A stretch of 64,000 bases of DNA from NCBI GenBank assembly GCA_026770705.1, contig JANJGN010000013.1, positions 41,726,001 to 41,790,000 of the forward strand, in the 5' to 3' direction. A program made the translations under genes and the position numbers. Source of the DNA: Isurus oxyrinchus. Lineage: Eukaryota. The notes beneath the pieces were generated by a model. It saw only the letters and a list, made by a program, of their open reading frames with translations, ran no database searches and was not told where the DNA came from. Positions 26,326 through 39,405 of the stretch are shown one piece after another (position 1 is the stretch's first letter; every line of letters begins with the position of its first letter).

Positions 26326-28949
26326 GCCTATTGGAAAGTTAAAGGGATGGGAGTTCATTAAGGTATATGTTAGTTTTGAAGGAGATAAAGCAGTTTCCCA
26401 ATACTGGAAAGGTTTTCCAATACTTGAATGCACATATGCATGGGTGAGGCCAAAATTGAGTTTATCTGTGATGCCCTTAAGGTTGAATAGTCTGCCAACA
26501 CACACACATGACATGTGGTCACCTGAAGGCCATCCAAATCCTTTCAAAAATTCCTCGTGCAAGCACTACTGGTAAGTGGATTCGAGTGTTAATACTCTCC
26601 TTCCAACAGCTCCAAATGAGGGAGCTCTCTTTGATGGTGCCACCAAACAATCTAACAAAAAGACAGAGTTATAAGGGCATGTTAGCATATCCACAAAAGA
26701 ACAGAGGCAACTAATCCCATTTCCTCTGCTTCTCACTAGTTCCCAGTTAATAGGTTGTTGTTGCCTATCCAGCTTTACGTAAGCTCATGATTGCATCCCT
26801 TCAGTGACCATTTCATTCGAACCTGTCCCTATTTGCCTCTGCTACCCAAAACTAGAAGTGTAGATTGATTTTAAGAATCACAGACTGATCCTATGAAGTC
26901 ACAAAAGATGTTTGACATAGATACAAATTAACAGTGAAGCTGTGTAACATCTCAGTTGATATTTTTGTGCTAAATCTGTGTTACAGACATTTCAGTTCCC
27001 CTCCTTCTCAGCTTTAATCTTCTTTGCTGCGCATGCATGAATGTTGAAAGATGATGAATGAAGGAAGCCAGCCTGTTTCACTGCTCAAACAAAGCTTATT
27101 GCCTCAATAGTGACTTTTTAGGCTGATTTGCTTCTTGGAACAGCTAGTTCCAGACATTCTGCTGCCTGACTGCCACAATGGTTACTAAATTAGTTATTTG
27201 TGCTGTAACGGATACTACTGTTTGTCACAAAGTGAGCCTTCTCAATCTTCTTCTCTTAGCTTTTAATATAAGGGCCACCGCTTTCTTATGAAAACCCAAT
27301 CAGCAAACATTTTCCTGTTTGTGCTAAAAGCTAACATCACGTCAGTCGCGGTAACGTTGCTGCAAACCTTCAGCCTCCCAAACAAAACAAAATTGTTTAC
27401 CAAACACACTCCATGTAAGCAATATCCTTTTAAAAATTAAGATTTTTTAAAAATGAGATATTAATAGCTCAAAACATGATCACATTGCATTATCGCAATA
27501 TCCTCTCATACATTAACCAGGTAGACTATTGCACAAGCTCATTTAACCGACAAGAATACCCTTCTAATAACCTACAGCGTGAAAATTAGAATAGAAAAAT
27601 ATGGTTCATTTGTTATGGTTGAAGCAAGCCATACTTATTTAAATTATTTCTGTGTCATGTATTTTGAAACCATTTGTATTTGCATTTACAGATAACACTT
27701 CAAGAAAATCTATCATTTGAAAGTCATTCCATAGAAGGCTACTGACTGGCAGTGAAAGGTAGTTATTTTATATAATATATACTTCACCTAGTATGGGTTA
27801 GCTAGCACTTCCCACTAGTTTTCATGAGGGATTGGTAGATGGATACACTGAATAAAATTTATGCCTGACACCGCCTGTCACCTTTCCCTCACCCATCAGT
27901 GTCCTCAGATTCAGAAAATAAAGATCTATTAACCATTTCTTGACCCTCTGCGCATCAACATTTAACAATCATGGCAGCTTTTTTGAAATTTTATTGAACA
28001 GCTGTCACCTAAAGCAGTATAACGACAGCCAAGGGAGCATTTAACGAATAATTAATATCTCCAATGCAAGCCATGTAATAGCCTGTCTCATTCTCTTGAC
28101 TGGAGAAAAGAATACAAGAGTAATGCAGCGGAACATTTAGCCTGATCTGGGCAACTGAACCCATTACTCTGTCCCCAAAAATCTTCAAGCTCCAAGCTTT
28201 GCTTTGACACCATGTGAACTGATGTGTGTGATCACAGCTTTATCCCTTTAATGCCTCAAAGCATTTTAGAAAGGTTTCCCAATATAATCAGCATTAGCTT
28301 GCATAAAATATTTTTAAAAATCCTCCTTCACATCAGCTTTTCCCTTCCCCATCTTCCTGATAGTTCAACAGGAGTTTGTGGAACATCATCCCTGAGTTTT
28401 CCCTCCCTGGTAGCCGACATGATGTGTAATTAGCAACAACTTCTCCCACTGCTGCCAGTGTAAGCAGCCCATTTTTCACCCAAAGTGCTGCTGTTGAGCT
28501 CTGGAGCACTGAATAATGTAACACAGTGTCGCACGTCCAGCTTAGATAGCTGCTCTGCCAAATAAAAAGGATCTCAACAGAAATAGTCCCCATGGACTCA
28601 TACAGTTCACAGCTGCCATCTTGAAGGTCCTAATCTGTGTCTCATATAGGCACTGAAAGATTTTATTACTTGTTATATCAGCAATAACCATTGCTACTGC
28701 TGGAAAGGAAATTAGAAAAGAGGGATGTAAGGGGAATGGGACTTGAGACAGGAATGCAGAATAGGGAATGCGGAGGGAGGCCAGGGACCGGAAGTGGAAC
28801 TGACATCATTACACTGATTTGTACAGAACAAGCTATATCTTTCAGCACACAAAGTGCTGTTTGCATGTACCATTTCCTAGATTCTGTAATATTTTATGAT
28901 GTTGCTGCATCATTAATAGTTACATTATCTTCATGCAGTATCACTTGCC

Positions 28950-29410
28950 GGGAAGGGAGTAGGACTAATGGTGGAGGAAGAAATAAGGATGTCTGAAGGA
29001 GTCAGGAAGGGGGAAGTAGTAATGCTGGAGGAAGAAGTAAGGCTGGAGAAAAGAGTCAGGAGGGAGGAAGGACTAAGGGCAGCAGAAGATGTAAGGGTGT
29101 CTGAAGGAGTCAGGAAGGGGGAGGGACTAAGCGGGAGCAGGGTCTGGGGGCAGGGAGGGAGGACCAAGGGGGATACATCTGGGTAGAGAAGGGGTTCCAA
29201 GCGGGAAGGGGCCTGGAGGGGGGATGTGGTCTGGAAGGGGGAAAGGGTCTTGAGGGGGGAAAGGGTTCCAAGGAGGGAAGGGGTTCAAAGAGGGGAAGGC
29301 ATACTAAGGTGGGGGGGGGCGTTCCAAGGGATTCCAAATGGGGAAAGAGTTCCAAGGGGGGAAGAGGCCCGGGGAGGGTGGTCCAGAGGGGGGGATGTCC
29401 AGGTGAATAT
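28950..29410. repeat. Purine/G-rich tandem repeats (~54-bp units, then ~18-bp units)
   Basis: GAAGGAGTCAGGAAGGGGGA recurs at ~54-bp spacing in 28950-29130; GGGGGAAAGGGTTCCAAG-like units in 29185-29400. Confidence 0.7.
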
Positions 29411-29879
29411 GCAAGGGAGGGGTCTGATAGGTCCATGGCTGCCTCCTGGGGAGCAAACTGAGGATGGGCTTGAAACAATGGAATGGTGAGAATGACCGAG
29501 GGCAGAATGGGCTGTAGGGTGGGAGGGTGAGGGTTTGATGGAAGCAGTAGAATGGATGGTGAGGGTGGTTGATGGGGGCTCAGAGGCAGACACGGACCCT
29601 GGGAGTGGGAAGATGGAGGTTGGGGAGATGAATGTGGATGGGGGTGGGATTTTCGGGAAGGAAGGGAACATGCACGTTCACTTGGGAATCCCCGAAGGAA
29701 AAGGGTTGTGGCTGGTAGGTCACGGAGGGGAGGTGGAAGGCAAAGTCGGGGGGGGGTTAACAGTGACAGGGGAAAGGAAATGGGTGACTGGGAGAGGTGA
29801 AAAAATGGGGGAACAGATCAAAAACTGGATCAAGACCATGCTGTCTAATTTGGAAGTGAAACGTGAATCGTGATGGGTG

Positions 29880-31843
29880 AGATCAGGTGCTGTATGGGAG
29901 TGTGATCATTAGGCAGGCAGAGATGCAGGTCAGCTCAGACAGTCAACTGAAGCGTACCCCAGCAGGCAGCATTGAAAATACTCAGGACATTGAGGTGAAT
30001 ATGATATGTGAAGGATCCGTGTGCATGGGAGAGTGCTTGCACAACACTCCGAAAGGTCCTGGCACACACACATATACTTATCCCTCCAAAATCAATCATT
30101 GGCCAGCTGCTCTCTCTGCGGTGACAGAGGACGAGGTTGAGGGGCTCAAAGGCAAAGGGGACTTGGAGGGAAAGGACAGCCTCTGAGATTCCTGAGTGAA
30201 TGACCCAGGGGTGTCCAGCTGCCGCTCCTCCTCCCTTTGGGTATCCGGGGGCTCCAGCCTGACTCCTTGAGAGGAAGAAGCACCTGGAGGGACATCGAGG
30301 TGCCCCATTTCCTTCTTGCATTGCCACTGCGGGAACTCACTCATGGCTCCCGCCTTGGAAAGCAGGTCTGCACACATCGTCACGTTCTGCTGGGTCAGGG
30401 TCTCCATGGCATCCACCATCCTCCCCATGGAGATCTTCATATAGGCACATGCGGACACCATTGCTCCGACTCGCATGCCACTCTGTTGAGGACTTCCAAC
30501 AGCTCTGTGTGATGTTCCCACGCCTTCTGCTGTCTTTCCATGATGAGTTGGAAGGCCAAATCTGGAGGCTCATCATCTGACCTGGACTGTCTGTTCCCCA
30601 GCAGTCCTCCAAGTACTGGGAAGCGCGACCAAACATGCCTCCCCCTGTTGAGGACATGTGTCCATGTAGTGACCACCAGATTGTAAACCTAAGCCTGTTC
30701 TAGGTCTAGGTCCCACTGAGGTGTGTGTCTTTGCACTGGTGGAGGGTGCGGGTAGGCGCTGTGATGGTCTTCCAGGCTGCTTATTTCCAGCTCTTCAATG
30801 GAGGAGGTGTCCTCTTAGCTGGAGATGAGAACCTTGATGGAGCTGAGGGACTGGCTGGCTGAAGGTGTCAGTTGCTTGGCTGAGCTCCCTGTGAACCAAA
30901 GTAGAGATAACTAATACATGGCAGCAGAGTCAAAAGCATGAGAGAGAGCACTCACATTTACGTTGAGAAAGAGATGATGTGGTGCAGGATTCTCACAAGG
31001 GTGTTCACTGCCAACCTCACTGTCACTGCAGATATGGTCCATATCCTCACCAGTCCTCAAAGTGACCAAGGGGCCTAATGTGGGCTACTCCACCCCCGGT
31101 CTGGGACCTCTACCTACTGATGTGAGCAGGCTTCTCCTGCATGAAAACACATGGAGAGAGTATGAGCAGGACACATGGTACCATGTGGAATGTTTGTGTG
31201 GTGAGCAGAGACCTGGGCGGGATGAGGACTCGAGCTCGAGAGGGTATGAGCCTGATGAAGATGTGAGGGTGTGTGTGAGTGTTAGTGGCGTTGTCCCTTG
31301 AAGTGTGAGATCCCTGTGGATGTATGATGGTTTGTGAGTGTGTGAGCTGAGAGTGATGAGACGAGTGAGTTACCCTGGTGGAATGGATGAGGCCATTCAT
31401 CCTGTAGTGACACTGGGTGACTGTCCTCCTTTGCAGGGCACTGGTGTTGACCACCGCTGTCACTGCCTCCCATGCTAGTTTGCTGATGCAGCTGCCCCTC
31501 CTGCAGCCACAGGGTTTAGAGGACATCACTTCGGGCCTCCATGACGTTCAAAAGGTGCTTGAGGGACGTCTTTCGGGGCCATCCTCTCTTCCATACGGCA
31601 GTCATGGACTGGAAGCCCCGAGAGGTCTGCGCACAGCTGGACTTTAAAAATGGTGCCTGGCTTGATGAAGTGGCGAAGTAATAGCATGGTGGGTGAATGA
31701 GAGCCCACATGTTTCCCAGGAATGCATAACTAATGTGGGGGGTTTGCAACAATAGTGTGAAAAGCCGCCATTGCAGCCAGTGGGTAAACATTGTTTTACC
31801 CACCTGCTACCACACTTAGTGCAAATCTGGGATGATTCCGCAC
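29880..31843 (-). mobile_element. Harbinger 2, truncated (Myb-like gene plus one terminus), related to Harbinger 1
   Basis: End 31690-31843 is the reverse complement of 16780-16920; AWEAVTAVVNTSALQRRTVTQCHYRMN (31110-31529); GRMVDAMETL (30096-30521). Confidence 0.8.
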
Positions 31844-31845
31844 TT

Positions 31846-33415
31846 GAAAGGTTCAAAATTGATAAGGAGTGGGTATTGGATAGACTGTAGGTACTTAAAG
31901 TTGAGATAGCACCAGAGCCGGATGAGATATATCTGAGGAAACTGAAGGAAGTGAGAGTGGGAATTGCAGAGGCACTGGGCATAATTTTCTAATCTTCCTT
32001 AGACTTGGGTGGTTCAAGAGGACTGGCAAATTGCAAAGGTTACACACTTGCTCAAGAAAGGGTGCTAAAGATAACCAGAGGACAACCAGTTAAACCTTGG
32101 TGGTGGGGAGGCTTTTAGAAATGGTAATTTGGACAAAATTAATAGTCACTTGGTCAAATGCACGTTAATTAAGGAAAGCCAGCATGGATTTGTTAAGGGA
32201 AAATCGTGTTTAACTAACTTAAGTTTTTTGATGAGGTAAGAGAGGAGGCTGATGAGAGTAATGCTTTTGATGTGGTGTGCATGTACTTCCAAAGGCATTT
32301 GATAAAGTGCTGCATGGTAGACTTGTGTGCAAAGTTAAAGGTCATGGAACAAAAGGGACAGTAGCAACATGGATACAAATTTGGCTGAGAAACAAAGAGT
32401 AGTGGTGAATGGTTGGTTTTTGGGCTGGAGAAATGTTTACAGTGAAGTTCCCCAGGGATCACTGTTAGGACTCCTGCTCGTCCTCATTTATATTAATGAC
32501 TTAGGCCTTGGTGTGCAGGACACAATTTCAAAAGTTGCAGATAATAGGAAACTTGAAAGTATTGTGAACCATGAAGAAGATAACATAGAACTTCAAAAGG
32601 ACATAGGCTGGTGGAATGGTGAACAAGTGGCAGATGAAATTTAATGCAGAGCTGTGCGAAGTGATTCATTTTGATAGGAAGAACGCAGAGTGACAATATA
32701 AAATAAAAGATATAATTCTAAAGGAGCAAATGGATTTTGGTGTAGGTGTGATAAATCACTGAAGGTGGCAGGACAGATTGATAAAGCATTAATAAAGCAT
32801 ATGACACCCAGGGCTTTATTAATAGGCATAGAGTACAAAAGCAATGAAGTTATATTAGACCTGAACAAACTACTGGTTTGGCCTCAACTAGAGTATGACA
32901 TTCACTTTTGGGCATCGCACTTGAGGCAGGATGTGAAAGCATTAGAGAAGGTACAGAAAAAGTCCACGAGAATGACTCCAGGGATGAAGAACTTCAGTTA
33001 CAAGGATAAATTAGAGAAGCTGGGACTGTTCTCCTTGGAGAAGAGGAGGTTGAGAGGAGATTTGATAGAGGTATTCATGATCAAGTGTCTGGACAGAGTA
33101 GACAGGGAGAAACTGTTCCCATTGGCACAGGGATCAAGAACCAGAGGGCACAGATTTAAGGTAATTGGCAAAAGAAGCAATGGCGATGTGAGGAAAATCT
33201 TTTTCATGCAGCAAGTGTTTAACATCTGGAACGCAGTACGTAAGAGTGTGGTGGAGGCAGGGTAAATTAAGGCTTTCAACAGGGAATGGAATCATTACCT
33301 GAAAAGGAAAAATTTGCAGGGGAGGGGAAAAGGCAAGGGAGTGGCACTAGGTGAATTGCTCCTTCAGAGGCCCAGCACAGACACAACAGGCCGAATGGTC
33401 TCCTTCTGTGGTGTT
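31846..33415 (+). mobile_element. CR1 LINE ORF2 3' part
   Basis: VPQGSLLGLLLVLIYINDL...SKVADN (32369-32644); LEKRRLRGDLIEVF (32765-33265). Confidence 0.9.
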
Positions 33416-33989
33416 GCACAATTTCCCAAGGGTTCCACCAAATTTTTGGGGGAAGATCAGGAAAACCCGTGGAATTTTCAGGTCACAATCTAGTTCAACC
33501 CCATTGCATACTTGCAGCATTGGGCACCAAGAGCATACACAACCTGTCCTATACACCCCCTCCCCCACACAACCCTGTCCCTCCACAACAACACCCACTC
33601 CACCACCACACACCCAGTCCATGATAACACAACTGTGCGGTAAAATACCTCAAGATTAAAGATTCAAATTGTGAAGAGCTGCAAAAAATGCTACAAGTTC
33701 ATTAACAATGTCTTCTTGTCTACTGTGAGGTCCAGCCGATGGCAGTTTCTACTCTTTTTACTCTACTGACAGGCTCCTTCGGCTTTGTCTCCACACCACT
33801 GGGATCACATGTGATCAAAATCAGGTAACTAAGCCCTTTGCATTCCCCAGCTGCACGGCTCAAATGCCAGTGACTACCTGGGTTGTGCATTACGATTGAC
33901 ACAATTGTCAGACTGCACTGTTGAAGTTTAAGTTTGTAGCGAGCTGTGATCGCAGGGCTCCACATTGGGCCTGAGCTTCTGTGTAATGA

Positions 33990-35180
33990 TACTGTAGGCC
34001 AGTGTGCTAAAATAGCCCTGGGAAAAGGGAAAGAGGAATACACAAGGAGCCAGAGGCACAGGGAGTTGGCAGGCTTTGTGGAGCTAAAGGATGCCACAAG
34101 GATCAGCCTTGAAAGGGGTTAAATACAAAACTGAGAATTTTAAATTCAAGATATCTGGGGGAACAAGAGCCAATGTAGGTCACCAAGGACATGGATGATG
34201 GGTGAGCAGGATCCTATGGGAGATTGGATATGAACAACAAAGTTTTGGATTAGCTGAAGATTGTGGATGGAATACAAACAGGGATGGGTTGGAAACTTCC
34301 AGTTGTAAGGTGACACAGGTACAGATAGAGGTTTCAGCAACAGATGAACTGCAGTAGGAGCAGAGGCAGGTAATGTTATAGGGATGGAATAGACTACATT
34401 TTGTATTAGTGAGGATATGGTATTGGAATACTTGCTTGTGTAGGATATTGAAGTTGAGATCAATGTAGTTTGTCAGGAGACAGTGCCTAGGGAAGGGAAC
34501 GGAGTTTATGGCAGGACCCGAAAACAATGGATCTGTTTTTCCTGATATTTAGTTGGAGGAAATTGTGGCTCACCCACAACTGAATGTCATAGAAGCAGTC
34601 TGGCAGAACAGAGACTGTGGAAGGGTTGAGAGAATTGGTGGAGAGGTAGATTTGAAAGTCATCAATGTTCATGTGGAATGATACCATGTCTGCAGATGAT
34701 ATTGTTAAAGGGTAGCATGTAGATGAAGAAGAGATGGTAGATGAGAAATAAGATGGAACGCAAGCTTAGATTTGGAGGAATTCTAGAAAGAGGAGAAGCC
34801 ATTGTTGGAGATGTTCTGGGTAGGTAAGAATGGAGTCAAATGAGGATTATCCCACTAGGCTGGAGGTGGAAAGATGTTCATAAACTAGGGGCCATTCTGA
34901 TGCTATAGGAATGGCAGAATTGTGACTGGAAGGTTGGCCTGTACTGGGAAAGATGTGCACAGAGTGGCTAGGTGACAATATACTCGAGTGCTTTAGAGAG
35001 GAATGGTAGGTTGGTGTAATAGTTTGCTAGGGCAGTGGTATCAAAGATGGCTTTTTGAGGAAGGATGTGATTTTGAAATGGAAGCGACCAGAGACTAAGG
35101 ATAGCAAGCCAGCAGTTCAGGAAAGGAGGTTGGAAGGTCAGTATTTTAATGGGAATGGGTTCAAGAGAGCAGGAGGAGGG
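33990..35180 (-). mobile_element. Degenerate L2 LINE fragment
   Basis: VSFHMNIDDFQIYLS...DIQLWVSHNFLQLN (34487-34687); VLGDLHWL; NLPFLSKALE. Confidence 0.8.
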
Positions 35181-36644
35181 TCCCTTGCGCTTCACTATAT
35201 TTGTTTTTGTTAAATGTATTTGGTTCACAAACTATCAACCAACCTGGAAGTCTGTCACTCCCTAAACCTGCAAGCAGATTAAGAATTAATATATTATTGG
35301 CATGCACTGTATTCTGTTTGCAATTAATTTATTGTAAAAGATCAACACAAAATTTGCCTCTGTAACTAAATATGCCAGTATATGCACTGTAGGATGACTT
35401 TCAAAATATAAAGGAAAAAATGCACTTGGACAATAATAGAGAATCTCACTGTTCTGCCAAATAACATAGCAGAGCCAATAGCCCATTCTCTCTTATTTAA
35501 CATACTTGTTAGCACATTTCTAATAAGGGACTAAAACCAAACGGTAGAGGTAGATGAGTAAACATTTGGTATTCATGAGCTTATTACTCTAACACACTCT
35601 TCCATACCTCGAATGTATCACACTCCACTTATGGCTTCATTGCTAATAGAGAGAACTGTATAAAACACCTTTGGCTATGATGTGATTTTGTTGCATGTCT
35701 CCCCAATGTGGTGAGGGTTAAGTGTGACTAATTTCAGATTGGTTCAGATTAATTTTGTGTCCAGTGCATAAATCATCCATATGTTACAGAAGTTGTGTAT
35801 AAATTGTTGTTTCAAACAAAAGAAAGATAACATAATAAGAGCTGTGCAATATTACATATTAATCTCAATTAACAGCCAGCTTGCCGATGACTTTTGTTTA
35901 AAAGGACCATATGCCCAGCAACTAACGTTTTCTTATATGGAACTGGAAATTCCTATGTATTTATACATTGCAATTTTGATGTAAATCAACTATATGGCCT
36001 AAAGATTGCGGAATTTTGGGTGTAGGTAAATTATTCCCATGTGTGCAATTTTGTCCAAATTACCTTAAGCTTTTATGCTCGACTATCCACCCCTCCACCA
36101 AAACACATTTTCCCCTTTAAAATGGCCTTGCCCCAAGTCATTGACCATTATAGGTGAGTTTCCTGCAATTGCTCTTCTCAGTGGCATTCTTCCAATTACG
36201 ACCAGATTTTCAAGCACAGCAGGAAACAAAATATTTTTTATGCCATTTTGTCACATTTTTGTTTAGTGCTTTTAAAAATTTATCCTCAGAGACCATGTAT
36301 TTTTATGGCATAAACATTTGTCACATTAAAAATTGAAAGGTTTCACCTTTTGCAGGTACTTAAACTTGCCAATGCCTGGACTATATGAATGATAGTTGAA
36401 TGGGTTGAAACTTAATTTTTCATACTAAAAGAAGAAATACAGTGGGAGTTTGGCACTTTCTTTGGGTCTGATTATTTGGGCTGGCTTAATTGCAATTTAC
36501 ATTTGGGGATATTCTAACTGCAGGAAATTTAGTGTAACTTGATTCTGACAGAATGGACTGGAAATTAGTGAATCTTCAGATTCAACTTTCAAGTTGCATC
36601 CAAGGACAGAATTCCAAGATGTACTTTGTTTATTTTATGCAATA

Positions 36645-37003
36645 TTGAATATTGCTGAAAAGAGAGACATGTTGCCTAAGCATTTTGTCTTGCATTAATC
36701 AGAAAAATGCAAGAATGCCAAACTTTAGAAGCAGCATACATTCACACACAGGGACCCGTTATCTGTAACCAAAAGGAATATGTTCAAGCCTTGCACCTTT
36801 TTTGAATTACCAAAGAGCTTGGGGAGCCTAAAGTTCGCTTTTTCTCTATGGCAATGCCTCAGCCAATTAGAGTTGGCTTGCCAACCAATCAGCATCCTTT
36901 TCTCCTGTAGTACAAGCTATGATCATTTGAAATTTGGCAATCTTGCATTTGTCCTGTTGAGGACAAGCTTTAATAACATATATCTCTTTTCACCAATATT
37001 CAA
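36645..37003. mobile_element. Element with ~80-bp inverted termini, probably Penelope-like
   Basis: TTGAATATTGCTGAAAAGAGAGACATGTTG...GCAAGAATGCCAAA versus TTTGGCAATCTTGC...CTCTTTTCACCAATATTCAA; very degenerate CTGATGA..GAAA-like core in the arms. Confidence 0.55.
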
Positions 37004-37509
37004 GTTCTATACTACCAAGTGACTGTCTTTATGTAAAATCAGAAATTGGATAAAAGGAGAATTTTAATTGCTGCATTTCTCTAGGTTATTTCATGAGATT
37101 TAGCAGCACAACCAAGGTTATGCAAATAAAGATGTATTTAGAACAAAGCTACATAATGCCAGATACTATAAGGAAGAAGTTTTATTTTAATTAGTTCATG
37201 GGACATGAGCGTCACTGGTAAGGCCAGCATTTATTACCCATCCATAATTGCCCTACACTTCTAATTAATGCAAATGAGCACACTTATCGCAAATTACACT
37301 TTGTTACCAGTTTCTTTATGGTATTTAGATATTTCAATATTAAAAATCTATGACCAGATCTTGCATGCCATTGCTGATGTTGAGGTTAAAGTTACACTAT
37401 TACAAAGCAGAGAGATGCTGGAACATGGAAGTTTTGGGGGAGGAGATGCTTATTTCCACTGATATGATTGGACAAAATGCTATGGGTGATGTGGGTGATT
37501 AAAGTAAGT

Positions 37510-38636
37510 ATTTTTTTGCCTAGTTTCTGGCAAGTAAGCAGTCCAATCATCTTCAGCTCCTTCACCAACTGACCTTCCCTCTCTCATAATGCCAGGAATG
37601 AGACGATTCACTGGTAATGCTGCAGTGTTCAGCTCCAAGTCCTCCAACATTAAAGAAGGAGATGCCAGTGTATAGCTAGACTAGGGTAATATTCAAGTTT
37701 GTGCTGATAGGTGGCAGGCAGTACTTGTGCTTCAAAAGTGACAGGTTAATACCATCTTGAATGAGACAAACCCAGCTTTTTCCTGACTTTGCACAGCACC
37801 ACTCTTACTGAGTCTCCATCATCGACAACTTTGAAGGCCACCATTGACCAGAAGCTTAACTGAACCACAATCAGCACCAGAGCTATAAAAACAGTGCAGC
37901 AACAGGACATTCTGCAAGTGGCTCAGTTTCTGACTCCTCAAAGTCTCTCATCTGCAAAGCTGAAGTCAGGAATACAATAAATGCTGACCACTTGCCTGGA
38001 TGCCCAGAATGAAAAAGCAGTAAAAACTGGGAATTAAGAATATTGGTCTGAACTGGTCTTGTATACCTTAAAATGGAACACCAGTAAAAAGTGGGAAATA
38101 AGAGTACTGGTCTGAACTGGTCTTGTATACCTTAAAATGGAGCACCAGTATAAACTGGGAAATAAGAGTACTGGTATGAACTGCTTTTTCCTTCAGGATG
38201 GGTGTAGACTCAAAAAGTGACGCCATTCAGGAGAAAGCTGTCCACTTGATCAGCATCCCTGAGTGAACTCATTATCATAACACCACATTATTGTTGCAGT
38301 ATGCACAATCTACAAAGTGCATCATAGCAACTCACCAAGCTTATTTCGATACCACCATTCAGCCCTACAACCTGCATCTCCAAGAAGGAACAGTATTATT
38401 GGAACAATGCTGCTTCCAAATTTCTCTCTGAGTACACACCATACTGACCTGGGCATATGTTGCTATTCCATTATTTTCACTGGCTCAATTTCCTGAAATT
38501 TCCTTACTAAAGCCATTACCACATGGACCGCAGTGGTTCGGAAAGGCAGACTGCAACCATCTTCTTAGGGCAATGGTGGATGGGCAATAAATGTTGACTT
38601 GCCTGAATTGGCCACATTTCATGAACAAATAAAAAA
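37510..38636 (+). mobile_element. Degenerate family-B LINE, interrupted at 38003-38198
   Basis: CATCTTCAGCTCCTTCACCAACTGACCTTCCC (IFSCFINDLP region), ATTGACCAGAAGCTTAACTG, tail GGATGGGCAATAAATG. Confidence 0.75.
38003..38198 (+). mobile_element. TIR mini-element with internal 64-bp tandem units and 2-bp TSD (TG)
   Basis: TIRs CCCAGAATGAAAAAGCAGT / ACTGCTTTTTCCTTCAGGA; units start at 38018, 38082, 38146; host LINE reads GGATG|GGTG when the element is removed. Confidence 0.75.
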
Positions 38637-39184
38637 GTGGGAATGCCCAATTTTGAAACTTTTTTTATTCATTCATGGGATGTGGGTGTCACTGGCTCGG
38701 CCAGCATTTATTGCCCATTCCTACTTGTCCTTGCATGTGAACTTCCTTGGAATGTAATTGCATGAGTATTAACGAAAAAATCCAAGCTTTCCATGATTAC
38801 ATTTACAATAATGATCTTCCCATTGTTCCCAAACAAGAAACAACTACCAACAAGAGGAAAGGACTTACAAAGGACAAAGACAGACAAGCAATTTAAACTT
38901 GTAAACAAATAGCACTGAACAATTTAATACAATTAATTCACATTTATATTATCTTGCAGTTTACCATTTTTGATTTTAAAGAAAATAAAACATTAATCGT
39001 TAAAAAATTGAATGAAGTGGGTTACTCCTGAGACCTCCCCTGTGGGCTCCTGGGAGGTCACTGTGGCATAAAAGTTGAAGATAGTTGTGACTTTCTGTGG
39101 CACTGGGGATCGACTGTTGCTGCCTATTTGATTGACAGACCTCTTTGATTGAGCCCGTGTCTGCTTATGCACACGACCCATTTA

Positions 39185-39405
39185 TAGTTTGCCTTTAAGG
39201 GATAGCAGCGTGCCAACACTTTAAGGGAATTGTGTCATGTGATCCAGCCTCAGTTTCATTTCGGCCTGGAGCAGAACTCTAATGTCCTCAAGTTTACTGT
39301 CCATGTATATATGTTCACATATGCCTAGAATTAATAAATGAACCCACAAAATCCGTTATGAGCGATTGGAGCCTCTAAATCATTATAACACACACGACAT
39401 GGTGT
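39185..39405 (+). mobile_element. Possible LTR fragment
   Basis: TATATA and AATAAA, ending ACGACA followed by PBS-like TGGTG; no TSD found. Confidence 0.35.

Noticed and set aside
27945-27962. CTCTGCGCATCA motif also present inverted near 52126-52142
   Set aside because: Too short to distinguish from chance
29110-29671. Proline-rich ORFs
   Set aside because: Artefact of the stop-poor G-rich repeat tract
38018-38183. Regular repeats resembling a CRISPR array
   Set aside because: The intervening segments are near-identical rather than unique spacers; no cas genes; eukaryotic TE context
38540-38735. Hairpin or terminator-like inverted repeat
   Set aside because: Explained by two tail-to-tail family-B LINE 3' ends
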